Source: Alphaproteobacteria bacterium
Lineage (GTDB): Bacteria > Pseudomonadota > Alphaproteobacteria > UBA7887
Length of the DNA stretch: 64,000 bases
Direction: 5' to 3'
NCBI GenBank assembly: GCA_965216755.1
Contig: CBDCGL010000011.1
Coordinates: 4,672,001-4,736,000, forward strand
Shown: positions 9,848 to 19,571 of the stretch, piece after piece
Numbering within the stretch: the stretch's first letter is position 1
Layout: every line of letters begins with the position of its first letter
The notes under the pieces: generated by a model
What the model saw: the letters and a program-made list of their open reading frames with translations, nothing else
Told to the model about the DNA's origin: nothing
The model's database searches: none
Program-made: the position numbers and the translations under genes

Positions 9848-11002
9848 ATGGTCGATTTTACCTTCAGCGAAGAACAGAGACTTCTGAAAGAGCAAGCCGA
9901 CCGATATGTGCGGGACGAGTATACGTTTGAACGTCGGCGCGCTGCGGTCGCGACTGATGACGGATTCGATCGTGAACGCTGGCGTACCTTCGCCGATCTC
10001 GGGTGGCTGGCCTTGCCGCTTCCCGAGGCCCATGGCGGCCTCAACGGCAGCGCCGTCGACGTCATGGTGCTTATGGAGTCTTTTGGTCGCGGTTTGGTGG
10101 TCGAGCCCTATATGCCGACGGTTATTCTAGGCGCGGGCCTCGTGGCGGCAGGGGCGTGCAAAGAACTATGTAATGAGGTCTTGCCAGCGGTCGCGACCGG
10201 CGAAATGCTGCTGGCATTCGCACAGGTGGAACCGAAATCACGCTTCAACCTCAACCACGTCGAAACGCAGGCTGGCGCCGATGGCGCCGGTTACCGACTC
10301 GCTGGGCACAAGGGCGTTGTTGGCCACGGCGGCTCAGCAGACAAGTACGTCGTGTCGGCGCGAACCGGCGGCAATGCGGCCGATCGGGATGGAATCACCC
10401 TGTTCCTCGTCGACAGACAGGCCGACGGCATATCGGTGCGCGACTATCGAACCATCGATGGGCACCGTGCCGCGGAAGTGACGTTCGACAAAGTCCGCGT
10501 TGGCGCCGAACACGTGATTGGCGAGGTGGGTCGAGGGTTGCCTTTGATCGAAACGGCCGTCGACCGTGCCATTGTGGCGATGTGCGCGGAGGGCGTCGGA
10601 ATCATGGATGCGTTGCGGGAAGCGACGCTTGAATATCTGGGCACCCGCGAACAGTTCGGCCAACCATTGGGTCGTTTTCAGGCGTTGCAGCACCGCGCCG
10701 TCGATATGTTCGTCGCATGCGAAGAGCTCCGATCGATGACCATGATGGCGTCGGCGGTGGTGGCCAACGGCGGCGCGGAGGCGGTGCGCGCCGTATCGGC
10801 AGCGAAGGTTCACCTTGGACAAGGCGGCCGGCTGGTTGGTGAAGAGGCTGTCCAAATGCATGGCGGCATGGGCGTGACGGACGAGCTCATCGTCGGACAT
10901 TATTTTAAACGTTTAACTATGCTGAACGTGGCATTCGGCAATGTGGATCATCACTTGGCGCGCTTTGCGGCGCTCGAGTCAAACGATGAGGAGGGACGCT
11001 AG
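9848..11002 (+). CDS. Acyl-CoA dehydrogenase, PimD-like small subunit
   Basis: REQFGQPLGRFQALQHR, QMHGGMG; paired with the PimC-like gene; start at ATG 9848. Confidence 0.88.
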   Translation: MVDFTFSEEQRLLKEQADRYVRDEYTFERRRAAVATDDGFDRERWRTFADLGWLALPLPEAHGGLNGSAVDVMVLMESFGRGLVVEPYMPTVILGAGLVAAGACKELCNEVLPAVATGEMLLAFAQVEPKSRFNLNHVETQAGADGAGYRLAGHKGVVGHGGSADKYVVSARTGGNAADRDGITLFLVDRQADGISVRDYRTIDGHRAAEVTFDKVRVGAEHVIGEVGRGLPLIETAVDRAIVAMCAEGVGIMDALREATLEYLGTREQFGQPLGRFQALQHRAVDMFVACEELRSMTMMASAVVANGGAEAVRAVSAAKVHLGQGGRLVGEEAVQMHGGMGVTDELIVGHYFKRLTMLNVAFGNVDHHLARFAALESNDEEGR

Positions 11003-11004
11003 CC

Positions 11005-11778
11005 ATGGCGCAAAGTGGAATGTTCGATCTGTCGGGCAAGGTTGCCGCGATCACGGGTTCGAGCCGCGGCATTGGTCGGGCGATTGCGGAGGCGATGGCT
11101 GCCCAAGGCGCCAAGGTGGTTGTATCAAGCCGCAAGCCCGAGGCCTGTGACGATGTGGCGAATGGCATTCGGGAGTCTGGCGGCGAAGCGGCAGTGATCC
11201 CATGCAACATAAGCCATTTGGAACAACTCGATGGATTCGTCGAAAAGGCTAAGGATCATTTCGGTCAGATCGACATTTTGGTCTGCAACGCCGCCGTTAA
11301 TCCCTATTTTGGCTCGCTGGCGGAGTTGCCGGAGTCCGCGTATGACAAAGTGATGAGCACCAATGTCAAAAGCAATCTTTGGCTCTGCAACAAAGTGATT
11401 CCCGACATGGCCGAACGGGGCGACGGCGTCGTGATTATCGTGTCGTCCATCGCCGCCTTTGGTGGGTCGCAAAAGCTGGGCGTCTACGGGCTGTCGAAAG
11501 CCGCCGATGTGTCTCTTGCGCAGAATTTGGCGGTGGAATGGGGACCCCGCAACATCCGTGTCAATTGCATCAACCCGGGGCTGATTCGCACGGACTTCTC
11601 GCGCGCGCTTTGGCAAGATCCCGAAACCTACGAGGAAACGGTCAAGCTTTATCCCTTGCGCCGGATCGGCGAACCGGACGAGATCGCTGGCGCCGCCGTT
11701 TTTTTGGCCTCGAAAGCGGGGAGCTTTATGACGGGTCAGACAATCGTCATTGACGGCGGCGGCATGGCGACTTTGTAG
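11005..11778 (+). CDS. Short-chain dehydrogenase/reductase
   Basis: TGSSRGIG, CNAA, YGLSK, VNCINPG. Confidence 0.93.
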   Translation: MAQSGMFDLSGKVAAITGSSRGIGRAIAEAMAAQGAKVVVSSRKPEACDDVANGIRESGGEAAVIPCNISHLEQLDGFVEKAKDHFGQIDILVCNAAVNPYFGSLAELPESAYDKVMSTNVKSNLWLCNKVIPDMAERGDGVVIIVSSIAAFGGSQKLGVYGLSKAADVSLAQNLAVEWGPRNIRVNCINPGLIRTDFSRALWQDPETYEETVKLYPLRRIGEPDEIAGAAVFLASKAGSFMTGQTIVIDGGGMATL

Positions 11779-11795
11779 GCGGGAATCGTTCTTTC

Positions 11796-11984
11796 GTGTC
11801 GGATGTTTTGTCACCGTGCGTTGCCGTATGCCGTCTTCATCCGCAAACGATGCGGTGCGAGGGATGCGGGCGCACAATGACTGAAATTGCCGAGTGGTTG
11901 ACGTATTCGGACGACGAGAAACGGCGCATCATTGCCGATCTCACCAAACGACGCGCGCGGCCGGCCACAAACGATCAATCCTAA
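11796..11984 (+). CDS. DUF1289 family small Cys-rich protein
   Basis: SPCVAVC...CEGCGRT..EI..W. Confidence 0.85.
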   Translation: MSDVLSPCVAVCRLHPQTMRCEGCGRTMTEIAEWLTYSDDEKRRIIADLTKRRARPATNDQS

Positions 11985-12037
11985 CGACTTCGGGCGAATG
12001 CGTTCGATCGGCAATCAGTAAGTCGGGGAGGGACCAC

Positions 12038-13768
12038 GTGGCAGATCAACCAAAAGGCATCCGGCGCGGTTTGACCCATTACGGCGACGCCGGGTTCTCG
12101 CTATTCCTGCGCAAGAGCTTTGCCAAGTCGATGGGGTTGTCTGACGATGCGTTGGACCGTCCAATTATCGGCATCATCGACACAGAAAGCGGCTTCAACA
12201 ATTGCCACCGAACGGTGCCGAACCTGGTCGCGGCTGTCGAACGGGGCGTCATGTTCGCCGGCGGGCTCCCAGTCGTTTTTCCAACGATTTCGCTGGGCGA
12301 GCCGTATCTATCACCGACCAGCATGTTGCTGCGCAATTTGATGGCGATGGACACCGAAGAGATGGTGCGCGCGCAGCCGATGGATGCGGTCGTGATGATC
12401 GGCGGTTGCGACAAAACAGTTCCGGCGCAATTGATGGCCGCGGCAAGTGCCGGAGTACCGGCGATTGCCGTGGTCACCGGGCCCATGCTGACGGGCAGTT
12501 GGCGTGGCGAGCGGCTTGGCGCATGTACGGATTGCCGTCGGCAATGGGGGCGGTATCGCGCCGGTCAATTGAACGAGGTGGAGATCGAAGAGGTTGGCGG
12601 TCAATTGTCGACGACGGCCGGAACCTGCATGGTGATGGGTACGGCCAGCACGATGGCCCTGATGACTGAGGCACTGGGGATGATGCTGCCCGGCGGTGCC
12701 GCCATCCCGGCGGTCCATGCCGATCGGCTGCGACACGCGGAAGCGGCAGGCGCCCGCGCGGTCGCCATGGTTGGTGAGCAACTTACGCCGAACAGGGTCT
12801 TGACCGCGGCGGCGTTCAGCAATGCATTTCGGGTGTTGTTGGCAACCGGCGGTTCGACCAACGGATTGGTGCACATGGCGGCCGTTGCGGGACGCGCTGG
12901 AATCGCTTTGGATTTGGATGCCTTTGACCGCATGAGCCGCGAGACGCCGGTTCTGGTCGACCTCAAGCCGTCCGGCCAGCACTATATGGAAGATCTCCAC
13001 AAGGCCGGCGGCTTGACGCCGATCTTGCGCGAGTTGCGGCCTCTGCTCAATCTCGGCTGTTTGACCGTATCGGGTGAAACACTGGGCGCTGTTTTGGATG
13101 CTGCACCCGCAGCATGGCAACAAGACGTCGTGTGCCCCATGGACTCACCGCTGACGGCCGAGGGCGGGATAGCGGTTCTCAAAGGCTCTTTGGCGCCCGA
13201 GACAGCAATCATCAAACAATCCGCGGCAAGCCAGGCCCTGCTCCACCATGAAGGGCGAGCGCTCGTGTTTGAATCTTTGGAGGACATGGCCCAGCGCATC
13301 GATGATCCGGACCTGGACGTGGCCGCGGATGATGTATTGGTCTTGCGCAACGCGGGGCCAAAGGGCGCGCCAGGCATGCCCGAATCTGGCTACATACCGA
13401 TTCCCAAAAAACTAGCCCAGCAAGGTGTTACCGACATGGTGCGCATTTCCGATGCGCGCATGAGCGGGACCGCGTTCGGTACCATCGTCTTGCATGTTTG
13501 TCCGGAAGCGGCGATCGGCGGACCCCTGGCGTTGGTGCAGACGGGCGATCGGATACGCCTAAACGTCGAAGCGCGCCAGCTTGACCTTCTCGTCGACAAC
13601 GCCGAATTGGACAGCCGCCGCACCCATTGGCGTCCACCGCCGGCGCATTCGGGTAGCGATCGAGGCTATCTCAAATTGTTTCTCGATCACGTCGAGCAGG
13701 CGAATATGGGTTGCGACTTCGACTTCATGAAGCCCGCGGACATTTCGGGTCGAACGCCAACCTGCTGA
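12038..13768 (+). CDS. IlvD/Edd family dehydratase (sugar-acid/dihydroxy-acid)
   Basis: GGCDKT, CMVMGTASTM, GGSTN, GPKGAPGMPE, ISDARMSGT; GTG start after GGGAGG. Confidence 0.92.
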   Translation: MADQPKGIRRGLTHYGDAGFSLFLRKSFAKSMGLSDDALDRPIIGIIDTESGFNNCHRTVPNLVAAVERGVMFAGGLPVVFPTISLGEPYLSPTSMLLRNLMAMDTEEMVRAQPMDAVVMIGGCDKTVPAQLMAAASAGVPAIAVVTGPMLTGSWRGERLGACTDCRRQWGRYRAGQLNEVEIEEVGGQLSTTAGTCMVMGTASTMALMTEALGMMLPGGAAIPAVHADRLRHAEAAGARAVAMVGEQLTPNRVLTAAAFSNAFRVLLATGGSTNGLVHMAAVAGRAGIALDLDAFDRMSRETPVLVDLKPSGQHYMEDLHKAGGLTPILRELRPLLNLGCLTVSGETLGAVLDAAPAAWQQDVVCPMDSPLTAEGGIAVLKGSLAPETAIIKQSAASQALLHHEGRALVFESLEDMAQRIDDPDLDVAADDVLVLRNAGPKGAPGMPESGYIPIPKKLAQQGVTDMVRISDARMSGTAFGTIVLHVCPEAAIGGPLALVQTGDRIRLNVEARQLDLLVDNAELDSRRTHWRPPPAHSGSDRGYLKLFLDHVEQANMGCDFDFMKPADISGRTPTC

Positions 13769-13775
13769 TAGTTTG

Positions 13776-14174
13776 CTAGGCCGTCCCCGCTGATTTCTCG
13801 GCGGGTAGGTCGAAGTTCAACTCGATTTTGACTCCGTTCGGATCAGTGAAAAACAACTGGTAGAATTTGTCGTCGGGCGTTGTTTGTTCCTGAAATCGGA
13901 CACCGTTTTCTTCCAGCCGCCTGCGCGTCTCGACGATATTGCGCGCCTTCAAGGCAAAGTGGTCAAAGGGCAACGTGTTTGACGGCTCTTCGCCGCTTCG
14001 TGCCACGACCAAGTGGACCACGGCACGATCGCCGAGCGCGAGCCAAGCGCCTCCAAACGAAAACGGCGGTCGGAAATCCGCGACATTCATATCCAGTAGC
14101 TGTGTGTAAAAGGATACCGACGCGTCGAGGTCGCGGGTGACGACGGTGACGTGATCGAGTGATTCGATGGCCAT
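13776..14174 (-). CDS. VOC/glyoxalase family protein
   Basis: LDHVTV, FDHFAL, FFTDPNGVKIELN. Confidence 0.88.
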   Translation of the reverse strand: MAIESLDHVTVVTRDLDASVSFYTQLLDMNVADFRPPFSFGGAWLALGDRAVVHLVVARSGEEPSNTLPFDHFALKARNIVETRRRLEENGVRFQEQTTPDDKFYQLFFTDPNGVKIELNFDLPAEKSAGTA

Positions 14175-14191
14175 GTCATGCCATTCCTTTG

Positions 14192-15391
14192 CTAGGATTT
14201 TGATGCCAAAAGACCGCGCGCAGCCAAGTTGCGCATGAGCGCGCCGCAACCGAACGACCACGGTTCGATCCTATCGCAACGGTCGATGCGGTTGACCAAT
14301 GCGCCGAGCGGTGGCGAAGCGATCGTAACGATGTCGCCAATATGATGCGTAAATCCTTGGCCTTTTTCGCCACGGTCTTGGGTCGGGGCAAACATCGTGC
14401 CGGTCATCAGGACCAATCCGTCGGGATATTGATGATTGGGATTGATCGTTTGGCTGGCCAGGTCTTCGACATCGCGGCTGATCAAACCCAAATTCGATAC
14501 ACCAGCCAACGAGAACTGGTCATCTCCCATCACGGCGAGACTGACCTCAACGCGTCTCAGATCGTCCAGGCCGAACGTTTGGTCAAACAGGCGAATGAAG
14601 GGACCAATCGCGCACGACGCATTGTTGTCCTTGGCTCGGCCGAGCAGCAATGCACTTCTGCCCTCGATATCGCGCAAATTGACATCGTTGCCGAGTGTTG
14701 CGCCGACAATCTGCCCACGCCCATTGATCACCAAAACGGCTTCTGGCTCTGGATTGTTCCACGATGAATGTTCCGGCACGCCAATTTCCGCGCCCACGCC
14801 GACCGCCGCCATCGGTTGTGACTTGGTGAACACCTCAGCAAATGGCCCGATACCAACTTCCAAATAGGGCGACCAAAGGTTCCGGGAAACGAGCGTTTCC
14901 TTGAACCGCTCGGCTTCCGGCGATCCAGGGCGGATCCCTGACAGGTCTGACCCAATCTCTTTCGCGATGGTCTCGCGAACGCTTTGCGCGCCGGCGGGAT
15001 CACCCTTGGCCAATTCTTCGACGACGCGTTCGATGAGGCTATCCAGAAAAGTGACTCCGGCGGCCTTGATCGACTGCAAATCGATCGGTGTCAGGAACCA
15101 GGGTCGCGCTGGATCCCGGCGGTCGATGGCCGAATTCGCAATGATCTCGTCGAGGCCGCCGATGCGAAAAGTCTCGGTCGTGTTCGCCACGGCAAATGAC
15201 GGGTTCTCGGCGTTCATCAAGTCAGCGCAGGTCGGGAAGGCGCCGGATATGTCATATACGCCATGGTCGGTGACGACGACCACGCATGGGCCGCCGATAC
15301 CGCGATCGTCCGGCACCCAGGCGCGTCCAATCAAGGTACCTCGGCAGCCGTCGTCCGGCATCACGATTTCTCTGTCGAGTTCAAATTGCAT
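14192..15391 (-). CDS. Fumarylacetoacetate hydrolase family protein (XylX-like 2-keto-3-deoxy-pentonate dehydratase)
   Basis: KAAGVTF, WNNPEPE, GNDVNLRDIEGRSALLL, LMTGTMFAP. Confidence 0.85.
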   Translation of the reverse strand: MQFELDREIVMPDDGCRGTLIGRAWVPDDRGIGGPCVVVVTDHGVYDISGAFPTCADLMNAENPSFAVANTTETFRIGGLDEIIANSAIDRRDPARPWFLTPIDLQSIKAAGVTFLDSLIERVVEELAKGDPAGAQSVRETIAKEIGSDLSGIRPGSPEAERFKETLVSRNLWSPYLEVGIGPFAEVFTKSQPMAAVGVGAEIGVPEHSSWNNPEPEAVLVINGRGQIVGATLGNDVNLRDIEGRSALLLGRAKDNNASCAIGPFIRLFDQTFGLDDLRRVEVSLAVMGDDQFSLAGVSNLGLISRDVEDLASQTINPNHQYPDGLVLMTGTMFAPTQDRGEKGQGFTHHIGDIVTIASPPLGALVNRIDRCDRIEPWSFGCGALMRNLAARGLLASKS

Positions 15392-15520
15392 GCAATGACC
15401 CCAGCCCAGTGGCGATTAACGGCACGTTGACGATCCCTGAACGATAGTGTTCCAAATCGACCGTGTCGACAACGCCTCGTCACGGGATTATCGGTGAATC
15501 AAACCCAGAGGAGAAGCCGG

Positions 15521-16063
15521 ATGCCCTGCGCCGTGGGATCCAGTTTCGATGTGGCGATCTGGTTCATGGAGCGCGCCGACTCCCAAGGCAAGCGCGTCAC
15601 ACCACTGCGTCTGCAACGCCTTTTGTTCTTGGCCCAGGCTTATTTTGCTGCGGCGAGCGGCGGCAACATGCTGATGCCGTCGGTCTTTGTCTCGCACCCT
15701 CAGGGGCCCATCGATCCGAATCTGTTTAGGGTGTCTGAAATGTGTTTCTCGGCGCTTGAGACCGATCCTCTGCCGCCGCCAGTTTCCCGATTCCTCAACG
15801 GTATTTGGGACACATTCGGCCAACAGTCAGATGGCCGTCTTGACGGTCTGGTCTTGAACGCCATGCCGGTTCGCGAAGCCATGGACCAGGGGCCAAACAT
15901 CGAGATAGAGCTGGTGACCTTGTTCGAGTATTTCAGCGCCGTTAACCGGGAGAATCGGGTTGTTCAAACCGAAAGGACCAGCTCGGCCACGCCGATACCG
16001 CGGTTCCACAAGGGGCGCCCGGTCAAGAAATGGATGCCGCGCAAGCAAGCGCCCACCGCTTGA
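15521..16063 (+). CDS. Panacea (DUF4065/SocA/GepA-like) domain protein
   Basis: DVAIWF...TPLRLQRLLFLAQAYF...QGP matches the LQKLLY.AQ...GP pattern; GAGGAG RBS. Confidence 0.7.
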   Translation: MPCAVGSSFDVAIWFMERADSQGKRVTPLRLQRLLFLAQAYFAAASGGNMLMPSVFVSHPQGPIDPNLFRVSEMCFSALETDPLPPPVSRFLNGIWDTFGQQSDGRLDGLVLNAMPVREAMDQGPNIEIELVTLFEYFSAVNRENRVVQTERTSSATPIPRFHKGRPVKKWMPRKQAPTA

Positions 16064-16097
16064 ATCGATGCGCATGCGTTGTCAATAGCGGAAGCAG

Positions 16098-17792
16098 TCA
16101 GGCGTAATGTGCGACCAGATACAATCCCAGCAACGCCGCAATCCACGCGACCGTCGAGCCCGTCGGCCACGTGCGCGCCAGTATGCCGTGCGGGCCATGA
16201 TGACGATAGATACGGGCGATGGTGCGCTGCGTGCTGTTCACCAGGGCGCCCGTGGTTTCGGCCCAACCGCCGCCGGCCAGACGCCCGATCGCGCCAACGA
16301 CGCGGCGTCCCAATCGGCGATAGAACCAATCGCTGTCGAGATTGATGAGCGGTAGTTCCGGCGGATAAAGACCGGACAACATCAGGGTGGCGAAGGCGAG
16401 GGCCGAGAAAAATAGAAGTTGGGTCTGCGTGATGACGTGGGTGGTCGTATAGGGTTCGTAGGCGACCTCCCACGGAAGCAGGCTATACAATACCCATGGA
16501 TAGGCGCCATTAAAGACGCAGATGAATGCCGCGATACCCATCGCGACCAACATATTGAGCGGCGGCTCGGTGGTTCGAATGCCGGAATCGTGGGCAAAGA
16601 AAGCGAAATAGGGGATTTTGATCCCGGCATGGTGGAACACGCCGGCGGAGGCGAACAGAAGTGCCAGGAAAACGATGACATAGCCTTCTTCTGCCGCTGC
16701 CGTCATCACCATCGACTTGCTGACAAAGCCGCTAAACAATGGAAACGCAGAGATCGACGCCGCGCCGACGATACAAAAGGTCGCCGTAATCGGCATTGAC
16801 TTGAACAGGCCGCCAAGGTCCGAGCCATTGATGCGTCCCGTCATATGCAGAACCGCGCCCATGGTCATGAATAGCAGGCCCTTAAACACGACATCGTTGA
16901 AGGCATGACTAACTGCGCCATTGAGGGCGAGCTCGGTGCCGATGCCGATGCCGACGACCATGAAGCCAACCTGGTTGATCAAGCTGTAAGCGAGGACCCG
17001 GCGCAAATCATTTTCGATCACGGCGAAAAAGATCGGAAACATCGCCATGGCTGTGCCGATATAGATCAGCGGTTCGGCGCCAGGATAGCCGCGGCAAAGC
17101 GCATACACTGCGACTTTGGTCGTGAAGGCACTCAAGACGACCGTACCGGTCGGCGTGGCTTCGGGGTAGGCATCGGTGAGCCACGTATGAAGAAACGGCC
17201 AGGCACATTTGATGCCGAAGGCGAAAAAGATCAGTTTGGCGCCCAACCCGCCATCCAGGCCCAAATAGTCAAAGGTGGTCGAACCGGTTTCGGCGACATG
17301 GGCGATGGCGCCTGCCAATAGGATCACACCTGATATGACCTGAACGATCAGGTAACGCATGCCGGCGCGATTTGCGCGCTCGGTCCCGCGCGCCCAGACC
17401 AGAAAGACCGATGAAATTGCCATGATTTCCCAAAACACAAACAGGGAAATCAGATCACCCGAAAAGACGGCACCAAGCGCGCCGCCGGCGTATATGAGAG
17501 TCGTGGAATGCTGAAGCGCACCTTTAACATGCCACGCGAACACAATCCCCAAGATCGCCGCGACATGAAACAGCAAGCCAAATAGCATGCTCAGCTTGTC
17601 TACGCGGCCCAACACCAAGTCATACACGAAAAGGTTAATCTGCCAGTGGCTGCCGTGATCCAGCTGAACAACGTTTGCCAGGCCGACCAACGCGACGAAC
17701 AGCGCCCAAACCGGGCGCATGCGGTCGCCGAAAAGCGGCAATGCAAGCGCGCCGACCACAAAAATCAGAAACGGAGGCATCGCGCCGATCAT
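16098..17792 (-). CDS. Mrp Na+/H+ antiporter MrpD/A-like subunit
   Basis: FWEIM, LHTWLTDAYPEATPTG, LAYSLINQVG; polytopic. Confidence 0.9.
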   Translation of the reverse strand: MIGAMPPFLIFVVGALALPLFGDRMRPVWALFVALVGLANVVQLDHGSHWQINLFVYDLVLGRVDKLSMLFGLLFHVAAILGIVFAWHVKGALQHSTTLIYAGGALGAVFSGDLISLFVFWEIMAISSVFLVWARGTERANRAGMRYLIVQVISGVILLAGAIAHVAETGSTTFDYLGLDGGLGAKLIFFAFGIKCAWPFLHTWLTDAYPEATPTGTVVLSAFTTKVAVYALCRGYPGAEPLIYIGTAMAMFPIFFAVIENDLRRVLAYSLINQVGFMVVGIGIGTELALNGAVSHAFNDVVFKGLLFMTMGAVLHMTGRINGSDLGGLFKSMPITATFCIVGAASISAFPLFSGFVSKSMVMTAAAEEGYVIVFLALLFASAGVFHHAGIKIPYFAFFAHDSGIRTTEPPLNMLVAMGIAAFICVFNGAYPWVLYSLLPWEVAYEPYTTTHVITQTQLLFFSALAFATLMLSGLYPPELPLINLDSDWFYRRLGRRVVGAIGRLAGGGWAETTGALVNSTQRTIARIYRHHGPHGILARTWPTGSTVAWIAALLGLYLVAHYA

Positions 17793-17795
17793 CGC

Positions 17796-18098
17796 CTAAC
17801 GCTCCTGGCCAGCGTCGTCGCCATCTTCGTCGTCGCCATAATAGTCATGCGGGCGGCTAACCCACTTGCGCAGCTCCTTGGCAGCGAGGACGAGAAGGAC
17901 GCAGGCGACGAACCCATAAATGCCGTAGAAACCGAACCAGCCTTCGAATGGCAAGATCGTGTGTTTGTGATAGAACAGATCAAGCAGGAACAGCACCGCG
18001 CAAGCAACATAGAACCAGATCAGCAGTTTGCGCACATTGCGCATGTTATCGAGCCAGTGGTTATCTTGATGATTATTGCTGTGGCTTTGGTCCGACAT
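17796..18098 (-). CDS. Small two-TM membrane protein within the mrp operon
   Basis: Two hydrophobic helices, GFYGIYGFVAC and RPHDYY; tightly spaced in the operon. Confidence 0.75.
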   Translation of the reverse strand: MSDQSHSNNHQDNHWLDNMRNVRKLLIWFYVACAVLFLLDLFYHKHTILPFEGWFGFYGIYGFVACVLLVLAAKELRKWVSRPHDYYGDDEDGDDAGQER

Positions 18099-18107
18099 GG
18101 CGCCCCC

Positions 18108-19571
18108 CTATGTCGAAGCGATTTGCGCGAGGAGCTGGTAGAACGGCTCTGGGAAAAGAAACAATAGAAACCCTGCGGCCGCGGTGAAGACGATCGGGAT
18201 CAGGCAGGCCAATGGGGCTTCCTTGATGCCGCCGTCAAAAGACGTTGGGCCGCGTCCCGGAAAAAAGGCGCGCACAACAATCGGCATGAAATATGCGATG
18301 TTGAGGAGTGTCGAGATCATGAACGTGGCAACAAACGCCATTTGACCCGCTTCCATAGCCCCAAGTGTCAAATACCATTTGCTCCACGTCCCGCCGAACG
18401 GGGGTAGCCCAATGACGCAAAGGCTGCCCAAGAGGAACGCGGCCATGGTAATCGGCATCGCCCGGCCGATTCCGCGCATATCGGAGATATTCTCTTTATG
18501 CGCAGTGATGATGATCGCCCCGGCGCAAAAGAACAAAGTGATCTTGCCAAAGGCATGCATCAGAATATGCATGCCACCACCGACAACGCTGGCGCCGGTC
18601 GCAATCGCCGCGCCCAAAACGATGTATGAGAGTTGGCTGACTGTGGAATAGGCGAGGCGAGCCTTAAGGTTGTCCTTGGTCAAGGCGATCAGCGATCCAA
18701 CCAAGATCGTGAATGCCGCGAGCCACATTAACCACTCGCCCGGATGGTCGGTCTGCATCAAGTCCAAGCCAAAGATGTAGACGACCACCTTCATGACGGA
18801 GAACACGCCCGCCTTGACCACTGCGACAGCATGGAGCAAGGCGCTAACCGGCGTCGGCGCAACCATCGCCGCCGGTAGCCACCGATGGAAGGGCATCAAA
18901 GCCGCCTTGCCAATGCCGAAAATATAGAGCGCAAACAGGATTCCGATCACCGCTGGGCTGGCGGCATCGGCAAGAATGCCCCCGTCGCGGAAATCGAGTG
19001 TTCCGGTAATGCCGTATGTCCACATGATTGCCAGCAATTGGAAGCCGATCGAGGTTCCGATCAATATGCCCAAATAGAGGCGCCCCGACTTCTTGGCCTG
19101 CTCGGTGCCGGCGTGGGTCACCAACGGGTAGGTCGACACCGTTAGCAACTCATAGAACAAGAACAGCGTGATCATATTGCCGGCGAATGCGACGCCGACC
19201 GCGCTCCCCAGCGCGATGGCAAAGCAGACGTAAAATCGCGTCTGGTTTTGTTCGTGATGGGCGCGCATGTAACCGATTGAATAGATCGAATTTGGGATCC
19301 AAAGCAGAGATGCGATTAACGCGAACAGCATGCCCAATGGTTCGACGACGAAGGCGATGTCGAGCCCGGGCAAGATCTCGAACCATGTGACCTCGGGGCG
19401 TCCGCCGTCCATGATAACCGGCGCGATTGAGACAACGATCGCGAACAGCGCGCCGGCGGTGACCAATGTCACGGCTTCGCGCACATTCGGTCGCGGGCCG
19501 GCCAGCCAAATCAGAAATGCGCCGAACAGCGGGACGAGCGGCGCGATGCCAATGGCTAACGAGGTCGACAC
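18108..19571 (-). CDS. mrpD: Mrp antiporter subunit D family
   Basis: KAALMPFHRWLPAAMVAPTPVSALLHAV, LAYSTVSQL. Confidence 0.9.
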   Translation of the reverse strand: MSTSLAIGIAPLVPLFGAFLIWLAGPRPNVREAVTLVTAGALFAIVVSIAPVIMDGGRPEVTWFEILPGLDIAFVVEPLGMLFALIASLLWIPNSIYSIGYMRAHHEQNQTRFYVCFAIALGSAVGVAFAGNMITLFLFYELLTVSTYPLVTHAGTEQAKKSGRLYLGILIGTSIGFQLLAIMWTYGITGTLDFRDGGILADAASPAVIGILFALYIFGIGKAALMPFHRWLPAAMVAPTPVSALLHAVAVVKAGVFSVMKVVVYIFGLDLMQTDHPGEWLMWLAAFTILVGSLIALTKDNLKARLAYSTVSQLSYIVLGAAIATGASVVGGGMHILMHAFGKITLFFCAGAIIITAHKENISDMRGIGRAMPITMAAFLLGSLCVIGLPPFGGTWSKWYLTLGAMEAGQMAFVATFMISTLLNIAYFMPIVVRAFFPGRGPTSFDGGIKEAPLACLIPIVFTAAAGFLLFLFPEPFYQLLAQIAST

